Positions 24,515 to 33,320 of a stretch of DNA of 47,452 nt are shown in pieces; position 1 is the stretch's first letter; every line of letters begins with the position of its first letter. The DNA lies in contig CAYJKF010000006.1 of the NCBI GenBank assembly GCA_964370865.1, positions 1-47,452 of the forward strand, in the 5' to 3' direction. Source of the stretch: an uncultured Candidatus Saccharibacteria bacterium (GTDB lineage Bacteria; Patescibacteriota; WWE3; 2-01-FULL-39-13). Under the pieces are notes generated by a model. The model had not been told where the DNA came from and ran no database searches. It was given only the letters and a program-made list of their open reading frames with translations. The position numbers were made by a program, and so were the translations under genes.

Positions 24515-26263
24515 ATGATATTACTGATCGCATTTGCATTTTTAGCAGGAATAATTACGATCCTTTCACCATGCATACTCCCGATTTTGCCAATTATTCT
24601 CACTTCTAGTATTGGAGGAGTAAATACAGGTAAGTCCCGTCCAATAGGTGTCGTAGTGGGATTCATTTTAAGTTTTACATTCTTTACTCTTTTCCTTTCC
24701 ACAATCGTTCGGTTAAGTGGGATTCCATCAGAAACGCTTCGTTTTGTTTCGGTATTTGTTATTGCTGGTTTTGGTATCTCACTGCTTGTTCCAAAATTTC
24801 AGTTACTTGTTGAACAACTGTTTTCTAAGCTTGCGAGATTTATGCCAAATAACCAAGGAAGAAAAGGTTTTGGCGGCGGGTTACTAATTGGCTTTTCAGT
24901 AGGACTTCTATGGACTCCCTGTGTAGGTCCAATTCTTGCTTCCGTTATTTCTCTGGCAATTACGGGAACGGTAACATTTGATGCATTTTTAATTACTCTT
25001 GCATATTCACTGGGTACAGCAATTCCTATGTTTTTTATATTGATAGGTGGACAAAATGTTTTAAAGCGCGTTCCATGGTTGTTATCTAATTTAGGTCGTA
25101 TTCAGAAAGTTTTTGGCGTAATTATGATTCTGACCGCAATTGGAATATTTTTTAATTTTGATCGAAAATTCCAAACGTATATATTAAATACATTTCCAAA
25201 ATACGGTTCTGGTCTTACTAAATTTGAAGATAATGAAGCGATAAGAAAGGCCCTTGAGACAAGAGATGGTAATGAAATTAAATTTGAAGGAAATGGTAAG
25301 TCATTATCCAATCTACTAGATCAGAAACGTATAAAGGCCCCAGAAATAATTCCTGGTGGAGCTTGGTTTAACCTTCCTGCTGACGCTACAGAGAGTGAGC
25401 CACTAACGCTTGAAAAACTAAAAGGAAAAGTGGTAATCATAGATTTTTGGACATACACCTGCATAAATTGCCAAAGAACATTACCTTATTTAAGAGATTG
25501 GCACGAAAAATACAGTGATAAAGGCTTAGTAATCATTGGTGTTCACTCCCCAGAATTTGAGTTTGAAAAATCCGAGAAGAATGTAGCACAAGCAATTAAA
25601 GATTTTCAATTGGAGTACCCGGTCGTTCAAGATAATGATTTTGCTACATGGAGAGCCTACAACAATCGATACTGGCCAGCAAAATATTTTATAGATAAAG
25701 AAGGTTATATTCGTTACCACCATTTTGGTGAAGGAGCTTATGACGAATCTGAAAAAGTTATTCAAGAATTATTAAAAGAAGCAGGATCCACAGAAGATTT
25801 TTCTGATATAAATAATCCGACTTATCAAGTTAGTTCAAATACTCCAGAAATATATTTAGGATATGGTCGAATTGATCATTTTGTCTCACCGGAACCAATT
25901 AATAGAAATATATTGAAAACTTATTCAAGACCAAATCGAATGGTAAATAACGAAATGGCATATGAAGGGAATTGGAACGTTATGGAGGAATATGCCAATC
26001 CTCAAAAAGGAGCAAAACTATATCTTAATTTCGAAGCGAAAGAAGTATTTCTGGTAATGAGAACCAAAGGTGAACCAGCTAAGGTGAAAATATATATTGA
26101 TGATAAACTGCAATATTTTGGAGAGGATAATATAGACGGCACAGTTACAGTCGACAAAGATACGTTGTATAAACTTATCAAGTTGGAGTCTCCAGGAAAA
26201 CATAACCTACGATTAGAGTTTGAAGATAACAATGCAGAACTCTACGCCTTCACGTTTGGGTAA
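24515..26263 (+). CDS. DipZ-like fusion: CcdA/DsbD-type transmembrane electron transporter + TlpA-like thioredoxin domain + C-terminal beta domain
   Basis: LSPCILPILP and WTPCVGPIL (the two CcdA Cys), VIIDFWTYTCINCQRTLPYL (Trx CxxC), RYWPAKYFIDKEG, and a ~150-aa C-terminal domain. Confidence 0.85.
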   Translation: MILLIAFAFLAGIITILSPCILPILPIILTSSIGGVNTGKSRPIGVVVGFILSFTFFTLFLSTIVRLSGIPSETLRFVSVFVIAGFGISLLVPKFQLLVEQLFSKLARFMPNNQGRKGFGGGLLIGFSVGLLWTPCVGPILASVISLAITGTVTFDAFLITLAYSLGTAIPMFFILIGGQNVLKRVPWLLSNLGRIQKVFGVIMILTAIGIFFNFDRKFQTYILNTFPKYGSGLTKFEDNEAIRKALETRDGNEIKFEGNGKSLSNLLDQKRIKAPEIIPGGAWFNLPADATESEPLTLEKLKGKVVIIDFWTYTCINCQRTLPYLRDWHEKYSDKGLVIIGVHSPEFEFEKSEKNVAQAIKDFQLEYPVVQDNDFATWRAYNNRYWPAKYFIDKEGYIRYHHFGEGAYDESEKVIQELLKEAGSTEDFSDINNPTYQVSSNTPEIYLGYGRIDHFVSPEPINRNILKTYSRPNRMVNNEMAYEGNWNVMEEYANPQKGAKLYLNFEAKEVFLVMRTKGEPAKVKIYIDDKLQYFGEDNIDGTVTVDKDTLYKLIKLESPGKHNLRLEFEDNNAELYAFTFG

Positions 26264-26317
26264 AGTAAATAAACTCATCGTCAAACATCCGTTTTGAAGT
26301 ACTATACTTCTTATAAA

Positions 26318-27346
26318 ATGACCAATCTAATTCAAAAACTTAAAGGAGTAAATTTTGGTGGTTGGCTCGTGCTTGAAAAATGGATTACACCGTCCCTTTT
26401 TGAAGGCACACCCGCGCTCGATGATTTCCAGCTAAACACATTTTATACAGACGAAAAAATTCAGAACCACTATAAAACTTTTATCACCGAGGATGATTTT
26501 ATTTTCTTGTCAAAAGTTGGAATAAACGCACTTAGGATTCCTGTAGGATATTGGATTTTTGGAGATGAGCCACCTTTTCAAAAAAGTATCGACCATCTAG
26601 ATTATGCGTTTGAATTAGCTAAAAAATATAATATACAGGTATTAATTGATTTGCATGGCGCACCGGGTAGCCAGAATGGATGGGATCATAGTGGTTTTTC
26701 TGGAAAAACAGAATGGCACAGGGATGAAAAAAATATTTCGCAATCTATAAATGTAATAAGCCGTCTAGCACAAAGATATGCAGAATATAAGGATCTATGG
26801 GGAATTGAATTACTAAACGAACCTCACCAAAGTATTCCGATAAAAATACTCAAAAATTATTATAAAGAAGGCTACAAAGCTGTTCGGGAATATTGTTCAA
26901 ATGATGTTGCGGTTGTTATAAGTGATTCCTTTAGGCCAAATGCATGGAATGATTTTATGACACAGCCAGAATTTAAAAATGTCATTTTAGATCTTCATCT
27001 TTACCAATGTTTTACGGAGAAAGAGAGAAAAATGAATATTATCCAGCACCTACATAAAACGAACAATGAATGGAATGAACTACTAAAAAAGGTTCAAGAA
27101 AATAGATCAGCAATTTGTGGTGAGTGGAGTTTGGCACTCGATCCGCAATCTTTTTATTCGTTAAATGATTCTGAAATAATGGAAGCTACAAGGCTTTACG
27201 GCCAGGCACAACTGAAAGTTTTTGAACAATTAAGAGGTTGGTTTTATTGGACTTATAAAACAGAGGACACAGGTGGATGGAATTTTAAATCGAATTTTGA
27301 GCAGGGACAACTTCTTGTGGATTATAAGAGGGAAAACGATTTTTGA
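26318..27346 (+). CDS. glycoside hydrolase family 5, exo-beta-1,3-glucanase-like
   Basis: GVNFGGWLVLEKWITPSLFEG, IRIPVGYW, DLHGAPGSQNGWDHSG, ELLNEP (acid/base Glu), CGEWSLA (nucleophile Glu). Start taken at ATG 26318 rather than TTG 26294. Confidence 0.85.
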   Translation: MTNLIQKLKGVNFGGWLVLEKWITPSLFEGTPALDDFQLNTFYTDEKIQNHYKTFITEDDFIFLSKVGINALRIPVGYWIFGDEPPFQKSIDHLDYAFELAKKYNIQVLIDLHGAPGSQNGWDHSGFSGKTEWHRDEKNISQSINVISRLAQRYAEYKDLWGIELLNEPHQSIPIKILKNYYKEGYKAVREYCSNDVAVVISDSFRPNAWNDFMTQPEFKNVILDLHLYQCFTEKERKMNIIQHLHKTNNEWNELLKKVQENRSAICGEWSLALDPQSFYSLNDSEIMEATRLYGQAQLKVFEQLRGWFYWTYKTEDTGGWNFKSNFEQGQLLVDYKRENDF

Positions 27347-28151
27347 GGTTTGTAGTGGCAGTTGGGTTTCCTTTGGCTGATTCAAAAAGTCTTTCAATAT
27401 TCTCTTCTGGATAATAATGCCCACTTTCCTGATCTTGAAGTGAATCGGAGGGTGCTGATGGTATTGGACCACTACCTGTGTAGTAGTTAGCCTGCATCAT
27501 TTTAAAATATCCTAAAAGCTTATTTGCTTTTGAATTTAGTGTAGCTTCATCACCTTTAAAATCTTCTAGGAGATAAGATTTAATTTTGTTAAGAGCACCT
27601 AAATCAGAAGTTAAATCTAAATCCGTTAAATTTAGACCACCAAACACTGCGTATTTAATAGTGCTATAGCCAGATGCGTCTTTTTCATTAATCACAACAC
27701 CATAATGATCATGAAACGGTCCTTCAGAATTTTCATTAGCATTATAGGGCATAATCAATACATCACTATCTGGATATTGATGTTTCGCTACCAGTTGCAT
27801 CACAATAGCCCAATCGAAGCAATTTCCAGGACCTCCATCCAACACACGTCTTATTGTGTCTTTGCCTTGTATGATAGATCGCACAGCAGTATATGCTGCC
27901 GAGAAAGGTATTTGTGCCGCGCAAGATCTAGCTGGTTTTAATTCTGAAAATTCCTCAAAAGTTTCAGGCAATGTACGTCCTTCAAGTCCTTCTCCTGAAA
28001 ACCCTTCAGAAATACGTTTTATATACCATTCTTCTGAGATAGATAATAGGGTGCATTTATCAAATCCATATTCTACAAAATTAGATACCTGCTCACTTTC
28101 GATAAGTGGTTCTGATTGTGGTGATTCTGATATTGAAGTTATCGAATACAT
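27285..28151 (-). CDS. hypothetical protein, possible papain/transglutaminase-like Cys-His fold
   Basis: 288-aa ORF with GGPGNCFDWA (Cys111) and FHDHYGVV (His147/149) about 36-38 residues later. Its 3' end overlaps the GH5 gene by 62 nt. Confidence 0.5.
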   Translation of the reverse strand: MYSITSISESPQSEPLIESEQVSNFVEYGFDKCTLLSISEEWYIKRISEGFSGEGLEGRTLPETFEEFSELKPARSCAAQIPFSAAYTAVRSIIQGKDTIRRVLDGGPGNCFDWAIVMQLVAKHQYPDSDVLIMPYNANENSEGPFHDHYGVVINEKDASGYSTIKYAVFGGLNLTDLDLTSDLGALNKIKSYLLEDFKGDEATLNSKANKLLGYFKMMQANYYTGSGPIPSAPSDSLQDQESGHYYPEENIERLFESAKGNPTATTNLKNRFPSYNPQEVVPAQNSI

Positions 28152-28206
28152 ATAATAATAGTATCAGTCCTCGAAGTCTTTACCAATTTTATGTGTCTCT
28201 CATTTA

Positions 28207-28953
28207 TTACCTACATAAATGAGAAAAGGATTCACTTCTTCCATGTTCCTCGTCAAATGCTTCTTGTTCATTGCTCATTTCGTCATATATTTTATTAAAC
28301 TTACTAGAGAGGGCAGATTTCACTTGGGGTTGGGTTTGATAATAAGGTAGGTTATTGAACTCATTAACTAGCTTCTTTGCATACTCAATTAGAATTTGTT
28401 CGTGTTCTTTTTCATGTGAAGTTACTGCATGTTTAAAAGCGTTCCAATCTGCTTTAGTAGAGTCTGAAGCACCTTCGCTATTTCTCCACTGAGGTAAGGT
28501 AATTGTAGAATCTGCGGTGACAGTAAAATCTCCGATTGTGAAACCTTGACTGTTTTGAATAATATAGGATTCATAAAAAATCTGGTAATTAATGTATGCA
28601 AGTGTTTCTTCCTGCCCTTCGTTTTCTTGCCATTCTAAGATCTCTTCGCATAAATCACCTCGAGTTCTTCCATCAATAAAATAACTTACATTTTTTGATT
28701 TTATGATTGGTCCATTTTGATATCCGTGCGTAAGTTCCTCTGGTGGAATTGATTCGAAAGTTGAAGTAGGCGATTGTTCGGACGTTGTTTGGATAGGACT
28801 ATTTTCAGATGCAGTTGGTGCAATTCGAGGAATTGTTTTGCTGATTCTTTCTTGTATGTCAAAATTATCGATTAACTTATATCGAATTAGAAAAACAAGG
28901 ATTAGGGTGTTTAGTATTAGAAAAAATAATCTTAACAAAGTCCTTGTGCTCAT
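28207..28953 (-). CDS. N-terminally anchored putative HExxH zinc-dependent protein (DUF922-like)
   Basis: TM helix at the N-terminus. WNAFKHAVTSHEKEHEQI contains HEKEH. Confidence 0.55.
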   Translation of the reverse strand: MSTRTLLRLFFLILNTLILVFLIRYKLIDNFDIQERISKTIPRIAPTASENSPIQTTSEQSPTSTFESIPPEELTHGYQNGPIIKSKNVSYFIDGRTRGDLCEEILEWQENEGQEETLAYINYQIFYESYIIQNSQGFTIGDFTVTADSTITLPQWRNSEGASDSTKADWNAFKHAVTSHEKEHEQILIEYAKKLVNEFNNLPYYQTQPQVKSALSSKFNKIYDEMSNEQEAFDEEHGRSESFSHLCR

Positions 28954-29010
28954 ACATTTAAAAGAAAATTACACTTTTTCCTTATATTCGTATATTATCA
29001 CGGGTTTACA

Positions 29011-29553
29011 CTAGTCCTGAATATTACACAAATTCCATAACCCAAGATTCTTTTCCCTAGCATTCTTTTCTGCTTCGGTAAGTTGCTCTTGGTATTTTAT
29101 ATCAGGTGGATAGGATGAAGCGTTTGCAAAACCTTCACTGACTAATAGTTCATTAATAAAAATATCATCTAGATATACATATCTTAGTAATCGTCCATAG
29201 CGATCGGTTTCAGAAACATCTTTTATAAGTTTCACAAACTTATCTTCTACTAATTCTTTGTTTCTATTTGAGGCCTCGATTCCATAACATTCATTTGGGT
29301 TTGTAATTTCAGGAGTATCGATTCCGATATATCGTATTTTTTGGCCACCTTCGATTTCAATCGTATCACCATCTATTACTCTAGTTACTTTATATAGGGT
29401 AGTTTCATCTATCGGTTTTTCGTTTTGTGGTGAACTACTTTCTGAAGGAATTGGTTTATTAGGAATTTCCGATGATTGTGAATAAATAATGATAAATAAT
29501 ATCCAGACAGTTAGTTTTATCAAAACTTTTAGCGTAGACTTCTTCATCAACAT
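29011..29553 (-). CDS. secreted/anchored thermonuclease (staphylococcal nuclease, SNase-like)
   Basis: VTRVIDGDTIEIE...IRYIGIDTPE, RYGRLLRYVYLDD, NELLVSEGFA, preceded by an N-terminal hydrophobic helix. Confidence 0.85.
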   Translation of the reverse strand: MLMKKSTLKVLIKLTVWILFIIIYSQSSEIPNKPIPSESSSPQNEKPIDETTLYKVTRVIDGDTIEIEGGQKIRYIGIDTPEITNPNECYGIEASNRNKELVEDKFVKLIKDVSETDRYGRLLRYVYLDDIFINELLVSEGFANASSYPPDIKYQEQLTEAEKNAREKNLGLWNLCNIQD

Positions 29554-29643
29554 GATTTTACAGTATATAAGCGTTCATTTTTTCTATTAATTTTCTTACA
29601 AAAACTATACTTTCTAACGTACAAAATGGAGTAGTATACGGAT

Positions 29644-30510
29644 ATGGCAGAGTGGGGAAAAATTGGAAGTCGAGGAAATGTAGAAGACAGAAGGTCACGT
29701 ACTCCAGCGATTGCGGGAGGCATAAGCGTTACTGGTATTTTGTTATATCTGCTTGTAAGTTATTTAACAGATGGACAAGTTAGTATTCCACTTGATACGT
29801 TACAAACGGTCCCGCAAGAACAAACTCAAAATTTGCAAGAATATGAAGGTAGCGATGAATATGAAGTCTTTGCATCAACAGTTCTTGGCTCAAATAATGA
29901 TATGTGGGAAGGCATTTTTAATAGAGGAATTATTGTAGACGAGAATGGTGATAAATACGGTGAGTATATTGAACCAAAATTAGTATTATTTAGAACAGCT
30001 ACACAATCAGCATGTGGAGTTGCAACATCTCAAGTAGGTCCACACTATTGTACTTTAGATAATACAATTTATTTAGATGAAACTTTTTTTGACGAATTGA
30101 CACAGCGTTTTGGTGCAAAAGGAGGAGATATGGCTGAAGCATATGTAATATCTCATGAGGTAAGTCATCATGTTCAAAATTTAATGGGGATTACGGATGC
30201 GGTTTCATCGGAAATAGAATTGGATCCTAGCCAAGGGAATGATTTAGCTATGCAATTAGAACTACAAGCAGATTGTTTCTCGGGACTTTGGGCAAATTCA
30301 ATTAAAGATTTAAATATTATGTCACCAGGTGAAATTGGTGAGGCTATGGATGCTGCGGCTGCAGTAGGAGATGATCGAATTCAAGAAAAAGTAACAGGAC
30401 GAATAAATCCAGAGTCCTGGACACATGGATCATCAGAACAGCGGGTATCATGGTTTACTAAAGGATATGAAACAGGAGATGTAAACTCTTGTTTCACTTT
30501 TGGAAATTGA
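29644..30510 (+). CDS. YpfJ-family putative neutral zinc metallopeptidase
   Basis: GNVEDRR, one TM helix, GPHYCTLDNTIYLD, ISHEVSHHVQN (HExxH), LELQADCFSGLWA, HGSSEQRVSWFTKGY. Confidence 0.85.
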   Translation: MAEWGKIGSRGNVEDRRSRTPAIAGGISVTGILLYLLVSYLTDGQVSIPLDTLQTVPQEQTQNLQEYEGSDEYEVFASTVLGSNNDMWEGIFNRGIIVDENGDKYGEYIEPKLVLFRTATQSACGVATSQVGPHYCTLDNTIYLDETFFDELTQRFGAKGGDMAEAYVISHEVSHHVQNLMGITDAVSSEIELDPSQGNDLAMQLELQADCFSGLWANSIKDLNIMSPGEIGEAMDAAAAVGDDRIQEKVTGRINPESWTHGSSEQRVSWFTKGYETGDVNSCFTFGN

Positions 30511-30545
30511 TTTGACGATGACATCATTTGCCATATAATCCAATT

Positions 30546-31229
30546 ATGCAAAATAAAAACACCCTAATTATATTAGTTGCTTTGGTTCTATTGTTAGTAC
30601 TTGGCTATGCAGTATATGCTAAAACTCAGAAGGCTCCAGCGGTAGAGCAAGACACTATAATGATGGAGGATGATACAAGTAGTATGGATTCAGATAAAGG
30701 TAGTTCTAATATGTCCGGATCAATTTTCGACTTAATAAAATCTGGAGATAATTTAGTTTGTACATTTAATACAACCACAGAAACAGGTGAAGTTGATGGA
30801 ACAACATATATTTCAAACAATAAAATGCGAGGGGACTTTGTTATAAGAGACGGTTCGCTAAATATGACAAGTAGTACCATTTCTGATGGAGAATGGTTAT
30901 ATTCTTGGTCATCGGCTATACCACAAGGTATGAAAATAAAACTAGATCAGTTTGCAGATGAAGATAGCACCAATCCTGATTCACCCGTTAGTAATGAGAA
31001 TCCAGATCAAACTCCTCTTGATGGGTTAAAACAGGATTATGAGTATGATTGTGATTCCTGGTCGGTAGATGCTTCGAAATTTGAAGTTCCATCTGATATA
31101 ACTTTTGTTGATTACGCTGAGACATTAAAACAAATGCAACAACAGTCAGGTGATATATGTCAGTCCTGTGAATCTATTCCAAATGAAGAGGCAAAGGCAC
31201 AGTGTAGAAGTGCATATAATTGTCAGTAA
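30546..31229 (+). CDS. hypothetical N-terminally anchored extracytoplasmic protein
   Basis: I start at ATG 30546 (MQNKNTLIILVALVLLLVLGYAVYA). Met/Asp/Ser-rich linker, and six Cys including a C-terminal CQSCESIPNEEAKAQCRSAYNC. Confidence 0.55.
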   Translation: MQNKNTLIILVALVLLLVLGYAVYAKTQKAPAVEQDTIMMEDDTSSMDSDKGSSNMSGSIFDLIKSGDNLVCTFNTTTETGEVDGTTYISNNKMRGDFVIRDGSLNMTSSTISDGEWLYSWSSAIPQGMKIKLDQFADEDSTNPDSPVSNENPDQTPLDGLKQDYEYDCDSWSVDASKFEVPSDITFVDYAETLKQMQQQSGDICQSCESIPNEEAKAQCRSAYNCQ

Positions 31230-31232
31230 ATT

Positions 31233-31838
31233 ATGGTAGAGAATAACGAACCATTAGAAACAATTTCCGTATCCAAATCTAGTTTAATGACTTTTGTATA
31301 TGGCGGACTTTTAATTGCATTAGTACTAGGGGGATTTTATTATTACACATCAACTCAGCCAAATGAGACAATGGTTGATGAAGTAGAGGAAAATATTGTT
31401 GTTATTGAAGAAGATAATCAAATGGATGATGTAACGGAGGAGAAAGAAGTAATTGAGCAATTAGATGATGAACCAGCTGATGGAAAAATTACTGGCAAGT
31501 TATGTTATCCATCAAATATGTTACCTCCTGGCGAGATAGCCGTTAAAAATTTAGATACAAATACCGTAACAGAGATTCCTTATGGTGGAACTGAATCGAC
31601 TTATACTGTCGATGTAGCACCTGGAAAATATGTACTAAGATATCAAGCAAATACCGGTGAGACAGATGAATATATGTCTGGTTATTACACCGTTTGTGGA
31701 AAAGATGGAAGTTATGAGACATGTTCGGCTGACGGATCCCATGACCTAATAGAAGTTAATGTTGCTTCTGGTGAAACAGTTACAGGAATTGATTTGTGTG
31801 ATTTTTATTACGAACCGACGGAAGAGCCAGAATTCTAA
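31233..31838 (+). CDS. hypothetical N-terminally anchored extracytoplasmic protein
   Basis: TM helix, a long acidic linker, then a ~110-aa beta-rich, Cys-containing domain. Confidence 0.55.
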   Translation: MVENNEPLETISVSKSSLMTFVYGGLLIALVLGGFYYYTSTQPNETMVDEVEENIVVIEEDNQMDDVTEEKEVIEQLDDEPADGKITGKLCYPSNMLPPGEIAVKNLDTNTVTEIPYGGTESTYTVDVAPGKYVLRYQANTGETDEYMSGYYTVCGKDGSYETCSADGSHDLIEVNVASGETVTGIDLCDFYYEPTEEPEF

Positions 31839-32929
31839 TGAACCGGCGAAGTTTCTACCTACCCACTATCGCTCTTGTTGTATTTGCAACAATTATAGCC
31901 GTCTATTATTACTATTTTACAAATAGAGAAAATTCACTTACTCCAGTAGTTGAATCCGTTGAACGCAAAGTTAATGAAGGCGGTATTGTTGAGGAAGTTA
32001 TTGATGATAATAAATTTACAGGTGAGTTTGCAGAGATGACTGTTCCTGTTTTAAGAGATAGGGAATTTAGTAGCCAATTAGGTGAGTTAAAAAAGTATTC
32101 AGAAAGTGCTACATATACATCATATCTTACGAGCTATAACTCTGATGGTTTACGAGTAAACGGACTCCTTACTATTCCAAAAGGTGATGAGCCAACAGGA
32201 GGATGGCCAGCTGTTGTTTTTGTTCATGGATATATTCCGCCAACTTTATATAAGACAACTGGAAATTATAGTGACTATGTTAATTACATTGCACGAAATG
32301 GGTTTGTAGTATTTAAAATTGATTTACGAGGCCACGATCAATCAGAAGGAACTCCAGGAGGAGGATATTATTCTTCAGATTATGTAATTGATACTTTAAA
32401 TGCTCGTGCCGCGCTGCAAAAGAGTGATTTTGTAAACGTGGATGCAGTTGGACTATGGGGGCACAGTATGGCTGGTAATGTTTTAATGCGCGCTTTTGCA
32501 GCGCGGCCAGAGATTCCAGCTGTAGTAATTTGGGCTGGCGCAGTTTATACATACGCTGATATGCAGGAATATGGAATTGATGATAATAGTTATCGTCCTC
32601 CAACCACTGGCAACAATAGTGAGAGGCTACGAAAAAGACAGGCTTTAAGGGACCAATATGGTGATTTCAACAGCGACAGCGAATTCTGGAAACAAGTGGC
32701 ACCAAGTAACTATCTAGGTGACCTAAAAGGCGCTCTTAATATTCATCACGCAGTTGATGATTCTGTCGTTAGTGTTGAATACAGTCGAAATTTAATGAGT
32801 TTGCTTTCCAAAACTGATGTTGAGCATAAGCTTTACGAATATAGTACTGGTGGACATAATATCTCTGGAGGTTCCTTTTCTACGGCAATGCAAAGGACTG
32901 TTGATTTCTACAAATCTAAATTACAATAA
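31838..32929 (+). CDS. alpha/beta hydrolase (S9 prolyl-oligopeptidase / dienelactone-hydrolase-like), N-terminally anchored
   Basis: Nucleophile elbow GLWGHSMAG, later HHAVDDSVV (Asp) and GGHN (His). The ATG overlaps the upstream stop (TAATG). Confidence 0.8.
   Translation: MNRRSFYLPTIALVVFATIIAVYYYYFTNRENSLTPVVESVERKVNEGGIVEEVIDDNKFTGEFAEMTVPVLRDREFSSQLGELKKYSESATYTSYLTSYNSDGLRVNGLLTIPKGDEPTGGWPAVVFVHGYIPPTLYKTTGNYSDYVNYIARNGFVVFKIDLRGHDQSEGTPGGGYYSSDYVIDTLNARAALQKSDFVNVDAVGLWGHSMAGNVLMRAFAARPEIPAVVIWAGAVYTYADMQEYGIDDNSYRPPTTGNNSERLRKRQALRDQYGDFNSDSEFWKQVAPSNYLGDLKGALNIHHAVDDSVVSVEYSRNLMSLLSKTDVEHKLYEYSTGGHNISGGSFSTAMQRTVDFYKSKLQ
32408..32507. repeat. perfect 15-bp inverted repeat (GCCGCGCTGCAAAAG / CTTTTGCAGCGCGGC) with a 70-nt spacer, inside the hydrolase gene
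   Basis: Arms at 32408-32422 and 32493-32507 are exact reverse complements. The spacer encodes the GHSMAG catalytic-serine segment. Confidence 0.9.
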
Positions 32930-32935
32930 TGGTCA

Positions 32936-33301
32936 ATGAATATTTCAACAATCTTCAAGACAAAATCTATTTTCTACAAAGCTAATTACAAGCGGGATAA
33001 AGAGAAAGCTCGCGAACTCATTAAGGAACGACTTTTATATTTTAATAATTTTTACAATTTAACATATGGAAGAGTAAGCATAAAAAATGTTAAAAGTCGT
33101 TGGGGGAGTTGCAGTCGCCGAGGAAACCTAAATTTTAATTATAAATTATTATATTTACCATCAAGACTTGTTGACTATGTGGTTGTACATGAACTGTGTC
33201 ATCTTCAGGAGTTTAATCATTCTAAAAGTTTTTGGGATTTGGTAGCACGTACTTTTCCTGATTATAAGAATTTACGACAGCAGCTAAGAGAAATACGCTA
33301 A
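32936..33301 (+). CDS. YgjP/DUF45 (M48-like, SprT-like) metal-dependent hydrolase, short form
   Basis: SRWGSCSRRGNLNFNYKLLYLP...YVVVHELCHLQEFNHSKSFW. Confidence 0.75.
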   Translation: MNISTIFKTKSIFYKANYKRDKEKARELIKERLLYFNNFYNLTYGRVSIKNVKSRWGSCSRRGNLNFNYKLLYLPSRLVDYVVVHELCHLQEFNHSKSFWDLVARTFPDYKNLRQQLREIR

Positions 33302-33320
33302 AAATTGTTATAATTGCCCG

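Noticed and set aside
1173-27472. Antisense or shadow ORFs in the track. Examples are 1173-1418, 3126-3332, 5164-5379, 7327-7521, 7918-8133, 8505-8792, 9413-9652, 12870-13214, 13221-13499, 15167-15514, 17268-17561, 17563-17751, 21011-21250, 21734-21955, 22296-22520, 22592-22795, 24508-24702, 25102-25311, 25526-25765, 26002-26232 and 27230-27472. Later ones include 27705-27941, 27856-28155, 30626-30880, 34637-35068, 35567-35803, 37740-37952, 39461-39664, 44206-44436 and 44890-45297.
   Set aside because: All lie inside, or in another frame of, longer ORFs that carry clear conserved motifs or better coding character. Their translations are low-complexity or hydrophobic noise typical of AT-rich shadow frames.
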